Source of the DNA: Candidatus Latescibacterota bacterium
GTDB lineage: Bacteria > Latescibacterota > UBA2968 > GCA-2709665
DNA length: 64,000 nt
Assembly (NCBI GenBank): GCA_965116875.1
Contig: OZ220733.1
Coordinates: 4,128,001-4,192,000 of the forward strand
Reading direction: 5' to 3'
The translations under genes and the position numbers were made by a program. The stretch's first letter is position 1; every line of letters starts with the position of its first letter. Below, piece by piece: positions 1 through 10,331 of the stretch. A model generated the notes under the pieces. That model saw only the letters and a program-made list of their open reading frames with translations. It searched no databases and was not told the origin of the DNA.

Positions 1-728
1 TCGAGGCTCGCTTCTACCGTGTAGTCGGTGGAAGATAACTCAATTTCGTGGGATTCACCGTCGAAGAGAACGTCCTTGAAGAACGGTTCGGAACCCTCAA
101 ACGGCTCGACGCCTTCGACAACCGGATCTTCAATCCGGTTGTCGGCGATGATGGACGGGTCCTTCGTCGAAAAACGTAGATCGAATCGACCGGATCGATC
201 CGGAGCAATGACACGAATCTGATAGTGATTCCGATTGTCCGGCGGATCCTGAATCCGGAGGGTGATTCGGAAGTCCGTGATTGCCGACACACCGGGTTCT
301 CCCGGAGCGGGATCGGAGGTCTCCACCCGATACGATTCAATGGACGTCGGTACAGGTGGGGGTGCGCTGTCCGTCGCATGAATGGTCTCGAAGCCGGCCG
401 CTGACACCCGCAATGAGTAAGACCGGCCCGCTTGCAGGGTCCTTTCGCTTGCATATACCCGTTCTCGCTGGAGAAAGGGCAGCCGGTCGATGATCCGGCC
501 ATCTGAAAGCAGTTCCACACTTGCGGCGGTTACCAGTCGCTCGGTTCCGGGCGAGGGTTCCAGAATACCTGCGGACCGACTGACGGACGCCGCCCATTCA
601 CGGTCCGGGGTGAAGAATGCCTTTATCACCAGTCGCGGCGTGTGCTCGGGCAATTCCGGTTCAATGATCAACTCGCACCCCGTGAAGGCGATCACGAGTG
701 TCGCGATTTTGATGTACATTTTTTTCAT
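1..728 (-). CDS. DUF4249-family lipoprotein (partial, runs off the window start)
   Basis: Manual translation from ATG 728: MKKMYIKIATLVIAFTGCELIIEPELPEHTPRLVIKAFFTPD..., lipobox FTGC; open to the window edge; directly downstream of a TonB receptor, a typical pairing. Missing from the ORF track. Confidence 0.75.
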   Translation of the reverse strand, partial: MKKMYIKIATLVIAFTGCELIIEPELPEHTPRLVIKAFFTPDREWAASVSRSAGILEPSPGTERLVTAASVELLSDGRIIDRLPFLQRERVYASERTLQAGRSYSLRVSAAGFETIHATDSAPPPVPTSIESYRVETSDPAPGEPGVSAITDFRITLRIQDPPDNRNHYQIRVIAPDRSGRFDLRFSTKDPSIIADNRIEDPVVEGVEPFEGSEPFFKDVLFDGESHEIELSSTDYTVEASL

Positions 729-744
729 TGAGACGGGTTCCCGA

Positions 745-3204
745 TTACAACTTGAACCTGTAGCTGATCCACGGAAGGACCGGAAACAGGGTGACCTGCT
801 TCGCCCGGTACTCCCTGGAATCCGTCCCTGAGTCATAGTAATCGTCGAAATAAATGAAAAACGGGTTCTTTCGGTTGTATGCATTGTAGGCGCCCACGCG
901 GAATCCGTGTCTGCGCCAGTCAAAGTTGAACCCGATATCGATGCGATGATATGCAGACATCCGGAAGCCGTTGCGGTCCTCGTAGATCCTCGCTTCATAC
1001 GGCAGCACGCTGGGGGTCCAAAGCTCGTGTCCGCCGATCGATCCTCTGACGTATTCATCATAGTAACGTGCGACCGGAATGGTAACCGCGTTTCCGGTTC
1101 CATAGACCCAGTTTAACGAGGCGTTCGTGATGCGTGTCAGTCGATGGTTCAGGACCAGCGCGACGTCGTGCCGGCGGTCGTACCGAAATGGAAAGGTGCG
1201 CCCCTCATTCAATTGGGCAAAACGCCGTCTCGTCCAGGAAAGGGTGTATCCGATCCAGCCTGTGGTGCGGCCGCGTTTCCTTTGTACAAACGCTTCGACG
1301 CCGTAGGACCATCCACGCCCGGTTTCCACCTTGTCCTGCCAGTCCTGGTGTTCCCCGAACCCCGCCAGAAAGGTCGCGCCTTCCCTGTATTCGATGAGGT
1401 CGGTCATCGTCTTGTGATAGGCCTCCAGGCTGAGTTCGTACCGTCCCTGGTTCAAGGTGCCCGCCAGGCCCACGCCGAACTGGCGCGACCCCTCGGGACG
1501 CGCGCGTTCGGTGGCCGGGAGCCACAGGTCGGTCGGGAGCCCGATGGTGCTGTTGGAGAGTAGATGAATATACTGGCGCATCCGGGCGTAGGACGCTTTA
1601 AAGGCCCACCGCGGATTCAACAGGAGACGCGTCGAAACTCTGGGTTGGAGGGATGCGAAGCGTGAGTTGCCCACAGAGAAGCCGGAGGCGTGCAGCCCCA
1701 CGTTGGCGCTCATCCGCTTTGACAGGCGGACGTCGTCCTCGAGGTACAGTCCGAACTCCAGAGCGTCTGTCGCCCGGACGGCGCCAAGTGTCGTAGCTTC
1801 CGGAGCGCCGCTTGCGGGGCTGAATTCGTATTGCGCCGCTCCGGGGCTGTACGTGTGGTAGGTGCCGTTGCCGCCGAAGCGGATATAGTGGGCCGGATTG
1901 GGAACGTAGTCGAGATCCAGCTTCAGGCCGAAGTCGCGAATGCCCGAGTGATAGCGAAGGCTGAGCGTCTCATTCTCGTGGACGTCCTCGTCGCGGGTTG
2001 TGGAACGATCGTCGATGTTCGAGGTAAGTTTATAGCGGCTGAAGATCCCGGTGAGATTGCCGAAGAGCCGGTTGTTGAAGAGGATGTTCCAGCGCACCGT
2101 CGAGGTGAAATTGCCCCAGCCGAAATCCGCCGCCGTCGTCTGCTCGCTTCGATAGGTTCCAGACGTGTACTCGTCCTGTATGTCACTCCAGAAACGGTCG
2201 TCACCACCGTACAGGCTCAGGAAAACACGGTTTCGGGGCGACAGGATGTGGTTGACTTTGGCATTGACGTCATAAAAAAAATAACCTCCCCGCTCGCCGG
2301 GATCCAGAAAGGGACGGATCAGCAGATCGATATACGTCCGTCGCGCCGAAACGATGAACGACGTCCGGTCCTTGCGTATCGGACCTTGCAGGGTCACCTG
2401 AGAAGCAACCAGGCCGATGGAACCCTCCACTTCGAACGCCTGCATGTTGCCGTCCTTCATGGCAACCTCCAGGACCGAAGAAAGGCGGCCGCCGAATCGT
2501 GCCGGAAACCCGGCTTTTGTAAGCTGCACGTTCTTGATTGCGCTGGAGTTGAAGACCGAGAAAAAACCGAAGAGGTGGGAAGCGTTGTACACCGGGGCGT
2601 CGTCGAGCAAGATCAGGTTCTGATCCGGACCGCCGCCGCGAACGTAAAGGCCGCTCGTCCCTTCGGCGCCGGACTGGACTCCCGGAAGAAGCTGCATGGT
2701 CTTCATCAGATCGACTTCGCCCAGAAGGGCCGGGGCGTTTTCAATCTGGCTGACAGGCACGTCGACAACACCCATCCGTGTCTGTTCCTGGATCGGATCC
2801 GCCTGCTCGGCCTTTACTTCTATGCCTTGCATTTCCAGCGGTAGGGGCTTGAGGGCGAACTCCACGCGAATGTCTCGTTCCGGGCGGATTGACAGGGTGT
2901 CGCTGTGAAACCCGATGTAGGAAACGACAATCAGAAGCGAGTCCGCAGGCAGGGTCAGACTGAAGAAGCCATAGCGATTCGTCGTGGCGCCTACCCGCAA
3001 GGTGGGTTCGTACAATGAGGCGCCGATCAGCTTCTCGCCGTTCGAGGCATCCGATACGTACCCGCTGATGGTGTGTTCCGCCCGTTGCTGCGCAATGGCG
3101 TCCGTGCCTGTACCAGGTAAGAGAACCGGTAAAATGACATGAAATGACAGCGAAAACGCCGTCGCCGCCGAAAGAGCGCCACGTTTCGCGGAAGAGAATC
3201 GCAT
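745..3204 (-). CDS. TonB-dependent receptor with N-terminal carboxypeptidase-regulatory-like domain
   Basis: ISGYVSDASNGEKLIGA, plug motifs LPGV..YVRGGGPDQNLILLD and GGRLSSVL, barrel end SYRFKL; start chosen at MRFSS (ORF extends to 3249). Confidence 0.92.
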   Translation of the reverse strand: MRFSSAKRGALSAATAFSLSFHVILPVLLPGTGTDAIAQQRAEHTISGYVSDASNGEKLIGASLYEPTLRVGATTNRYGFFSLTLPADSLLIVVSYIGFHSDTLSIRPERDIRVEFALKPLPLEMQGIEVKAEQADPIQEQTRMGVVDVPVSQIENAPALLGEVDLMKTMQLLPGVQSGAEGTSGLYVRGGGPDQNLILLDDAPVYNASHLFGFFSVFNSSAIKNVQLTKAGFPARFGGRLSSVLEVAMKDGNMQAFEVEGSIGLVASQVTLQGPIRKDRTSFIVSARRTYIDLLIRPFLDPGERGGYFFYDVNAKVNHILSPRNRVFLSLYGGDDRFWSDIQDEYTSGTYRSEQTTAADFGWGNFTSTVRWNILFNNRLFGNLTGIFSRYKLTSNIDDRSTTRDEDVHENETLSLRYHSGIRDFGLKLDLDYVPNPAHYIRFGGNGTYHTYSPGAAQYEFSPASGAPEATTLGAVRATDALEFGLYLEDDVRLSKRMSANVGLHASGFSVGNSRFASLQPRVSTRLLLNPRWAFKASYARMRQYIHLLSNSTIGLPTDLWLPATERARPEGSRQFGVGLAGTLNQGRYELSLEAYHKTMTDLIEYREGATFLAGFGEHQDWQDKVETGRGWSYGVEAFVQRKRGRTTGWIGYTLSWTRRRFAQLNEGRTFPFRYDRRHDVALVLNHRLTRITNASLNWVYGTGNAVTIPVARYYDEYVRGSIGGHELWTPSVLPYEARIYEDRNGFRMSAYHRIDIGFNFDWRRHGFRVGAYNAYNRKNPFFIYFDDYYDSGTDSREYRAKQVTLFPVLPWISYRFKL

Positions 3205-3334
3205 AATCCGGTGGGTTATCTGAACATTCGCGCGGATCATTGCAGTCAAAGAGGAATAAGCTGTCAGCCGCTATAGCGGTACCGTGTACCGGTAACAGTA
3301 TGTCGGCGTCCGTGTCGTTTTCGTTCAGCGTCTG

Positions 3335-3499
3335 TCAGGAGTCAAGAATCAGCCGAAAGCCGCGATCTTCAGTTGTTCGATACGTGGAAAAGCCGCGGCG
3401 GTCGAGGGTGAGGATATCGAAACATCTGATGTGTTCGGCCAGGAGTACGAGGGTAGCGTCCGCATAGTCCATGGGTGTGTCCGCGTATTTTTCCAAAAG
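3335..3499 (-). pseudogene. C-terminal remnant of a VapC/PIN-domain toxin
   Basis: LLEKYADTPMDYADATLVLLAEHIRCFDILTLDRRGFSTYRTTEDRGFRLILDS* resembles the PIN C-terminal half; no N-terminal half or antitoxin. Confidence 0.7.
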
Positions 3500-4507
3500 T
3501 CACAGGTTCCACACCTGCTCGAACAGGCGCATCCAGTTGCCGCCAAGCAGTTTTGTGATCTCCGCAGCGTTGTATCCACGGTTGGCGAGCGCATTCGTGA
3601 CGTTGGGGAACTCGGGCAGCGTGGCCATACCCCTGGGCTGAAAGCTCACTTCGGTATACGGGACCGAACCGTCAGCGAACGTGGACGGGAATTTGGTTCC
3701 CTGCTGCGATGCGATGAAGTGCCAGAATTCGAGGGGTTGTTCGTGGGTGGAATCGGTGCCGATGGCGACGTGGTCGATGCCAATCCGTTCCACCATATTG
3801 TCGATCGCGTCGACAAAATCCTCTACGGTAGAATCGTATCCCTTTGGCAGGAAGGGCGTGTAGGACGTCGCGCCTACAACGCCTCCTTTTTCGGCCAGAA
3901 GTCTCAGCGCTTCCTCTTCCTTGTTTCGCGGATGGTCGCAGAAGCTGCGGGCATTGGCGTGGGTGATGGCGACCGGCTTCTCGGACATCTCGATGGCGTC
4001 CAGGGTCGTCCGGGGACCCACGTGCGACAGATCGATGAGGATGCCCAGCCGGTTCATCTCCCTCACCGCATCCACACCGAAATTGCTGAGACCCGCGTCA
4101 TTCCGCTCCCAGCAGCCGCTGCCGAGAAGGTTGGTCTCGTGGTACGTCAATTGAATCACCCTCACCCCGAGCGCGAGGAACAGGCCCAGACGATCCAGTT
4201 CGTTCTCGATCGGCGAGGCGTTCTGAAATCCCAGGATAATCCCGGTTTTTCCCTGCTGCTTGGCCGCGTGTATATCGACTGTCGACTTCACCTGCAGGAT
4301 GTCGTCGCGCTCACGGAATCGCCGCATCCACGCCGTGAGATGAGCCATGGTTTGGATGAAGTTCTCCCACGTGGAGACGGTGGCGTTGATTGCCGTCAAG
4401 TTGCCGGCGCGCAACTGCCGGAATACGGCATCGCTGTCCCAGTTGCAGATGCTCAATCCGTCGATCACCAGCGCATCGTCGTAGATCTGCCTCGGGTTCA
4501 TTGCCAT
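3500..4507 (-). CDS. Membrane dipeptidase (peptidase M19 family)
   Basis: LVIDGL, GFQN, QLTY, DLSHVG, THAN, HPRNK, IGTD motifs. Confidence 0.9.
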   Translation of the reverse strand: MAMNPRQIYDDALVIDGLSICNWDSDAVFRQLRAGNLTAINATVSTWENFIQTMAHLTAWMRRFRERDDILQVKSTVDIHAAKQQGKTGIILGFQNASPIENELDRLGLFLALGVRVIQLTYHETNLLGSGCWERNDAGLSNFGVDAVREMNRLGILIDLSHVGPRTTLDAIEMSEKPVAITHANARSFCDHPRNKEEEALRLLAEKGGVVGATSYTPFLPKGYDSTVEDFVDAIDNMVERIGIDHVAIGTDSTHEQPLEFWHFIASQQGTKFPSTFADGSVPYTEVSFQPRGMATLPEFPNVTNALANRGYNAAEITKLLGGNWMRLFEQVWNL

Positions 4508-4520
4508 TGGCAGGGTCCTC

Positions 4521-5651
4521 CTACTCAAAGCGGTTACCTGTTCTGAACGGATCGCCCAGCGGATTTTCCCGTTCTTCCAGCGCGTCGGCGATTACGGGTC
4601 CGATGGCGCCGCCGAATTTAAACCCGTGGCCGCACCCGCATCCCGCGACCAGCACGCGTTCGAAACCCCGTGCCCAATCGATAACGAACTCCTCGTCCGT
4701 CATATCGGCCATGTTGGTGTACAGGCAGGCCCGACCGCCAACCAGCGGCGCTGCAGCCAGTCCGGGTATGCGCCGGGCCACGAATTCCCGGGCCCACGCC
4801 AGAAACTCTGAGGTTGGTTCACGCGGGACGTCGACCGTGGTATCCTCCCACTTGCTGTCTTCCGCCACCTTCACGAACCCCTCGTGCAGATGGGGGAACC
4901 CGTACCACAGGTTGCCGGGTGAAAAGATCATCCAGACCGGAAAACGTTCGCGCTCGAACGGCATCGGGTCCTCCGGCGCAAAGAAGGCCATCTGCTGCCG
5001 CGTAATGCGCACGACTCTCTCCATGGCCGGCAGAAGCTCGGCCACCCATGGCCCGGCCGCCACCACCACACGGTCGCAGGTCCGCCAGCCGGTTTCCGTG
5101 CGGATCCGGGCGCCGGAAGGCGTGTCTTCAACCGCGGTGACGAGGGTGTTTTCGCGGATAGTCACACCCGCGTCATCCGCCAGCTTCGCCAGGTCCTCCA
5201 GCGCCTGGCCGCTGCGCAGATAACCCGCCCAGGGGTCGAAGAAGAGACTGTCCTCGTCGCTTACGGTGAACTGCGGATACCGTTCACGGACCTGGCCGGC
5301 CGTGAGTTCGTAGACGTCCTTTCCCATCCTGTTCAGGGTTTCCCATCCCGTGTGGGTTTCGTGATCGGCTTCCAGGTCGCGCGACACGATCAGTGCGCCG
5401 TACTGGAAGTATATCGATCGGCTCGTGCGGTTGTGCCACTCCCGCCATTGGGCCTCGGCCCGGGTGACGAGTTCCACGTAAACCGGGTTCGGGTAGTTCG
5501 TACGCCGGATCACCTTGGACACGTCCGTACTGGATGCCTTCGGATTGGGGATCTTTCCGCGCTCGAAAAGCGATACCTCGTGTCCCCGGTTGCGTAGTTC
5601 CAGCGCCGCGGCCATGCCGAAGATTCCGGCGCCGACGATGCAGGTATTCAT
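4521..5651 (-). CDS. FAD-dependent oxidoreductase, sarcosine oxidase/fructosyl-amino acid oxidase family
   Basis: IVGAGIFG Rossmann motif, ASSTDVSKVIR, AAGPW, CLYT, GHGFKFG. Confidence 0.88.
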   Translation of the reverse strand: MNTCIVGAGIFGMAAALELRNRGHEVSLFERGKIPNPKASSTDVSKVIRRTNYPNPVYVELVTRAEAQWREWHNRTSRSIYFQYGALIVSRDLEADHETHTGWETLNRMGKDVYELTAGQVRERYPQFTVSDEDSLFFDPWAGYLRSGQALEDLAKLADDAGVTIRENTLVTAVEDTPSGARIRTETGWRTCDRVVVAAGPWVAELLPAMERVVRITRQQMAFFAPEDPMPFERERFPVWMIFSPGNLWYGFPHLHEGFVKVAEDSKWEDTTVDVPREPTSEFLAWAREFVARRIPGLAAAPLVGGRACLYTNMADMTDEEFVIDWARGFERVLVAGCGCGHGFKFGGAIGPVIADALEERENPLGDPFRTGNRFE

Positions 5652-5725
5652 GGAAGTGCTCCGTTGTGGGGGTTATATCCTCGTGCGCCAGCAAGAGCAG
5701 GCTGCGATGCCGTACGGCTGATCCA

Positions 5726-6604
5726 TCACAGATCCACGCCCGAACGCCGCAGCAGATCGGGTATCATGTCGGTAAACTCATCCTCTCCGCGGTCTCCAAC
5801 GTCTCGGAACCGGACCATGAGGTCTCTGGCCAGCGGACCGACCTCCAGCGGCACCCCGAGTTCCAACCCAAGCTCAATCCCCAGATGCAGATCCTTCACC
5901 GCCAGATCGGTGGATGCGCCCATTCGACCGCTGTTCAGAAAAAGCGAGAGGGTGTGTTCAAATATCCTGCTTTGTCCCATACTCGACCTGATCGCATCCA
6001 GCAACAGGCGCGGATCGATCCCGGCCCTGGCGCTCATCGCCACGCCCTCGCACGCACCGATGAAATTAACAAACATCATCAGGTTGTTGATCAGCTTGAT
6101 CGCATTCCCGGATCCGGCCGGTCCCACGTGAACGATCCTTCCGCCAATAGACGCCAACACCGGCCTCACCCGCTCCAGGTCCTCCGCGTGACCGCCGACG
6201 AACAGGGTTAGCGAAGCATCCTGGGCGCCATGGATGCCGCCACTGACCGGCGCGTCGAGCACGTGTAGACCCCGTTCCGTCCCCGCGGCGCAAATGCGGC
6301 GCATGGCGGACGGAGCGATGGTACTCGTGTCAACGTACGTCGATCCCCCGACCAGGCCGGAAAACACCCCGTGTTCACCCAGTGCGACCTGCTCGACCGC
6401 ACCGCTGTCGGGCAGGGAGGTCAGCACCACTTCGGATCGAACCGCCACCGCCCTCGGGCCTTCAGCCCAGAATGCGCCGGCCGCCTCGAGGTCGCGGCCG
6501 GTCTGACGCCGGGTATCGTGGATGGTCAGCGTGTGCCCGGCATCAAGGATATTGGCCGCCATCGGCTGCCCCATATTTCCAAGACCGATGAATCCGACTT
6601 TCAT
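5726..6604 (-). CDS. NAD(P)-dependent oxidoreductase, 3-hydroxyisobutyrate dehydrogenase family
   Basis: MKVGFIGLGNMG, DAPVSGG, GSGNAIKLINN, KDL. Confidence 0.9.
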   Translation of the reverse strand: MKVGFIGLGNMGQPMAANILDAGHTLTIHDTRRQTGRDLEAAGAFWAEGPRAVAVRSEVVLTSLPDSGAVEQVALGEHGVFSGLVGGSTYVDTSTIAPSAMRRICAAGTERGLHVLDAPVSGGIHGAQDASLTLFVGGHAEDLERVRPVLASIGGRIVHVGPAGSGNAIKLINNLMMFVNFIGACEGVAMSARAGIDPRLLLDAIRSSMGQSRIFEHTLSLFLNSGRMGASTDLAVKDLHLGIELGLELGVPLEVGPLARDLMVRFRDVGDRGEDEFTDMIPDLLRRSGVDL

Positions 6605-6741
6605 GTCTACCTTGATTCGTAAGTCTTCGTGGACGTTAATTCGATTATGTGCAAGATGATAAAGGCGATTAGACGGCCGATTACCAGGATACACCAGGGG
6701 TCACTGGACATGTTCGGGATCTCTCGCCCGGCCCCTCAGAA

Positions 6742-6865
6742 GCGGGTAGACGGGAGACGGTAGAGGGGAGAGATTGCCTGCCTTGTAAGGATTCCCTTCG
6801 TGCCGAAGGCAAGGAGGGAAGACATTCCGGGCGAGGATTTCTTCTACCGTCTACCCTCTACCCGC
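6742..6865. repeat. Intergenic inverted repeat built from heptamer-like units
   Basis: gcgggtagacgggagacggtagagggg ... cttctaccgtctaccctctacccgc; imperfect arms of ~25 bp. Confidence 0.65.
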
Positions 6866-6914
6866 ATTCAGGCTCTTTGTGCCAATCTGCCTGTTGTCTT
6901 TTTTCGAATTGAGG

Positions 6915-7310
6915 TCAATCCCCGCGCACTTCGTCACGTGTGTCAAATTCGGCAGGCATGGTGATTTCGATCACCTCCCAGTCATCGGAATATTCGAGTA
7001 CCTCGTGCCGGATACCGGGCGGCTGGTACCATGCGTCGCCCGCTTCCACCCGAATCTCGCCGATGTCCTCGAAGTAGAGGCGAGCCCACCCCTTGATCAG
7101 ATAGACCATCTGAAAATCCAGGTCGTGTGAGTGATAACCCAGCGGTCCGGTGCATGATTGCCGGGCGCGGATGATGTGGGCGAGGATTCTTCCGTCCGTG
7201 GCGTCCTTGATGCCGAGGTCCCGGTAGGTGAAGTAGGGACGCAATCCCTCCTCCGTCCAGCGGGCATCTTTGGCGTGTGCGGCGAACGACTCGACTTTTT
7301 TCCCGGACAT
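6915..7310 (-). CDS. Cupin-domain protein
   Basis: GYHSHDLDFQMVYLIKGW and AGDAWYQPPGIRHEV cupin motifs. Confidence 0.88.
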   Translation of the reverse strand: MSGKKVESFAAHAKDARWTEEGLRPYFTYRDLGIKDATDGRILAHIIRARQSCTGPLGYHSHDLDFQMVYLIKGWARLYFEDIGEIRVEAGDAWYQPPGIRHEVLEYSDDWEVIEITMPAEFDTRDEVRGD

Positions 7311-7517
7311 GGCGCGACTCCTGAGTTAAGGGGGATGCCAATGGTTTGGTGAAGGGGCGAACTCACCGGTAATCCGGATACAGCTTCCGAGCGATTGCCT
7401 GTCAATTGTGCGCCATACCCGTCCGGCGCGCAAGACATTTCTGCGATCCGCACCGGTCGCGGTCTTACCGGAACAGGGGCTCTCGAACCTATGGTCGCAG
7501 GGGACGGAGGGGTTCAC

Positions 7518-8342
7518 TCAGGCCGAGGCGCCGGAATAGTGGCGGAGCCCCCAACGCCAGAACAGGCGCGAGGCGATCAGCATACCCGCCGCCACGAGAA
7601 TCGAGGCGGTAAGTGACTCCGAATCGAGCCGGCCGGTAAGGGCCCGGGCGGGCACCGTGATCGCGAACGCGACCGGAACGATGAACGTAAGGACGAAACG
7701 GAGCCAGTAAGGATAAATGCCGACGGGCCAGCGACCGGCCTGGACCATCGAGTCGAAGATATTGAGGATGTTCTCGACCTTGATGTACCAGAATGAAATG
7801 GTGGACAGGATCAGGAAAAAGCTGTAGATCGTGGCCGCGCCGCACAGGAGGACCATGCCGAACGTAAGGGTGTCAATGGCGCCGACGTCCGCGCCCCTCT
7901 CGATGAGGGCGTAGGACAACACGATTCCGCCCAGCACGACGTCGGTCGCCTTCCAGATCCGGAACTGGCTTATGCTGATCAGAAACTGCGCATCCTCGGG
8001 TTTCGTGAGGGTGTAATCGAGCGTTCCCCGCCGGACGTCCGTCATCAACTGCATCATACTGGGGCGGATAACGATGGAAATACCCGCGCCGATAATCACG
8101 AATACGCCGATCAGGGCGAGCAAATCGTAGGATCTCCAGTCCCCAAGGGTATCCGTGTGGAGAAAGACCACGTAGACCCCGAGCAGCGCCTGTACAAGGC
8201 TCACCGCGGACTGGAAGATCTGGACGTAGAAGTTGACGCGATAGGCCAACTCGTTCAGAATGCCGATCTTCAGGAACGTCCATATCACGGTCAGCTTGTG
8301 CAAAATCGATTGCCCCTGGAAGACGGTTGGGGATTCCGGCAC
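7518..8342 (-). CDS. ABC-2 family transporter permease (DUF990-like)
   Basis: Multiple TM segments, YRVNF, GTLDYTLTKP, WPVGIYP, C-terminal YSGASA. Confidence 0.88.
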   Translation of the reverse strand: MPESPTVFQGQSILHKLTVIWTFLKIGILNELAYRVNFYVQIFQSAVSLVQALLGVYVVFLHTDTLGDWRSYDLLALIGVFVIIGAGISIVIRPSMMQLMTDVRRGTLDYTLTKPEDAQFLISISQFRIWKATDVVLGGIVLSYALIERGADVGAIDTLTFGMVLLCGAATIYSFFLILSTISFWYIKVENILNIFDSMVQAGRWPVGIYPYWLRFVLTFIVPVAFAITVPARALTGRLDSESLTASILVAAGMLIASRLFWRWGLRHYSGASA

Positions 8343-8348
8343 GGCTTA

Positions 8349-9143
8349 CTATGATCCCACGGCGGCATATTTCCTGACGCCCCGGCGCCAGACGAGTTTG
8401 ACTATGGCGAAACCGACAACGACCCACAGAAGCTGCATCAGGAGTCCACGTTCGATCTGCGCCATATCGAGCCTGCCAAGGATAAGCTCGACGGGAAAGG
8501 CGACCGACCACTTGAACGGCAGCGCATCGGCGATCGCACGGGCCCATCCCGGCAGCAGGTCCAGTGGCGCAATTCTGCCAGACAGAAAAAGGCCGAAGAA
8601 GAAATACATCTGATTGACAGCGTCGGTCCGTGTTGTCCAGAACGCGACGAGCGAGAGTGCCCACTCAACGAAGAATCTGAGAAGATATGCAAGGAACAAT
8701 GAGAACACGAAAAGGAGCACGTTGACAATTTCGAAGTGAAACGTGGGTTTGAACAGGAGGCAGAGCACGGCCGCGGACGGGATCAGAACGCACAGCGTCA
8801 GGGTCTTGTAACCGATGTTGTCGGCAATATCGCTGTGGATGGGATGGATCGGCTTCAGGAGCATCGCCGACAGTTCGCCGTGCTGGACGCGATAGCCCAT
8901 TTCGTGCATGATCCAGGTAAACGTCCACATGTTGACGACCATCAGTACGATGTAATACGCGGCAAACCCGCCTGCATCGTAACCTCCCACGTCCCCGCCC
9001 CGGGCTATGGCCACGGTCGACCAGACGACACAATAGATCATGGGCTCGAGAAGCCCTCCGATCATCCAGATCGCCATGGCGACGCGATATTGGAACTGAA
9101 GCGCGATGGAGGTTTTCAGGTACGCCCAGTAAATCGCAAGCAT
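8349..9143 (-). CDS. ABC-2 family transporter permease (DUF990-like)
   Basis: FQYRV, GELSAMLLKPI, LSGRIAPLDLLP, C-terminal YAAVGS. Confidence 0.88.
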   Translation of the reverse strand: MLAIYWAYLKTSIALQFQYRVAMAIWMIGGLLEPMIYCVVWSTVAIARGGDVGGYDAGGFAAYYIVLMVVNMWTFTWIMHEMGYRVQHGELSAMLLKPIHPIHSDIADNIGYKTLTLCVLIPSAAVLCLLFKPTFHFEIVNVLLFVFSLFLAYLLRFFVEWALSLVAFWTTRTDAVNQMYFFFGLFLSGRIAPLDLLPGWARAIADALPFKWSVAFPVELILGRLDMAQIERGLLMQLLWVVVGFAIVKLVWRRGVRKYAAVGS

Positions 9144-9196
9144 CTGTGTCTCCTGCGCCCGGAAATCCCTTTACCGATCCGATATGGACAGTCGGG

Positions 9197-10207
9197 TCAG
9201 GGATCGCGCGGGTCCGCCGGCCCGGCATCGTCGTCCGGGGTGTCCACGGAAAAGACCTGCTCGATTACTTCCTCGATGGGCGGGTCTTCGACGGTCAGAT
9301 CGAGTACAGGTAAATCACCGAGTATCCTTGCTGTCACCTGCGGCGTTGCCTCCTTGGGTACCCTCAGGGAGTAGCGCAGCCCGGCGGCCTCCACGACCTC
9401 CCCGTACGGAGAGAGGTCGGCGTTCTCGGTCTCGAGTTCGACGTCGATGGTCTTGTGCGGGGAGAATCGGGTGACAAGATCGGAAAGCGCGCCGTCGAAG
9501 AGAATCCGGCCGTGGTGGATAACCACGACACGTTTGCAAAGCGCCTCGACGTCGGCCATGTAATGGCTGGTCAGCAGCACCGTCGCGCCGTGCGCGCGGT
9601 TGTAATCTTCAACGAAGTTCCGTATCCGGCGCTGCATGGTAACGTCGAGGCCGATTGTGGGCTCGTCCAGGAACAGTACCCTCGGACGATGCAGCAGGGC
9701 GGCGGCGATCTCGCACTTCATCCGCTCTCCGAGGGACAGGTTTCTGACCGGTTTGGGCAAGAGCGGTTCCAGCTCGAGCAATTCCGTCAGTTCATCGAGC
9801 GTCTCTCTGTAGTCCCCGCGCGATATCCGATAGACCGCCCGATTGCGTTCGAGGGAGTCGATCATCGGGATGTCCCAGATCAGCTGGTTTCGCTGTCCCA
9901 TCACGAGCGTAATCTGACGGAGGAAAGCCCTTTCGCGCCGGTGCGGAATATGACCCAGAACTTCGGCCGCGCCGTCCGTGGGATAGAGCAATCCGGAGAG
10001 CATCTTGAGCGTCGTTGTCTTTCCCGCCCCGTTGGGACCGAGAAAGCCGACGATTTCACCGGGTTCGACGCTGAAGGAGATCGCTTCGACGGCCTTGACC
10101 AACCTCGTTTGCCGTTTGACAAGGCTTCTGGCCGCGGCGCGGAGACCGGCCTCGCGCTCGGGAACGGCGTAGTACCTGGAGAGACCGTTTACCGTGATGG
10201 CGTGCAT
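9197..10207 (-). CDS. ABC transporter ATP-binding protein
   Basis: Walker A GPNGAGKTT, LSLGERMK signature, LFLDEPT, TSHYM. Confidence 0.93.
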   Translation of the reverse strand: MHAITVNGLSRYYAVPEREAGLRAAARSLVKRQTRLVKAVEAISFSVEPGEIVGFLGPNGAGKTTTLKMLSGLLYPTDGAAEVLGHIPHRRERAFLRQITLVMGQRNQLIWDIPMIDSLERNRAVYRISRGDYRETLDELTELLELEPLLPKPVRNLSLGERMKCEIAAALLHRPRVLFLDEPTIGLDVTMQRRIRNFVEDYNRAHGATVLLTSHYMADVEALCKRVVVIHHGRILFDGALSDLVTRFSPHKTIDVELETENADLSPYGEVVEAAGLRYSLRVPKEATPQVTARILGDLPVLDLTVEDPPIEEVIEQVFSVDTPDDDAGPADPRDP

Positions 10208-10331
10208 ATGATCGTGGATGCCGTTTGGGATACCCGTCAATATGGACAACGAGCCGCCGGTCTGTTGGAATCGGCGGCCCGTGAGAGCGAGACGTTGAAG
10301 AAAGTACCTGGAAAGGTCGCAGCGGAAACAT

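Noticed and set aside
3500-3502. Sec read-through fusing the dipeptidase to the PIN fragment
   Set aside because: The dipeptidase is complete at this point, there is no redox motif, and the PIN domain is truncated
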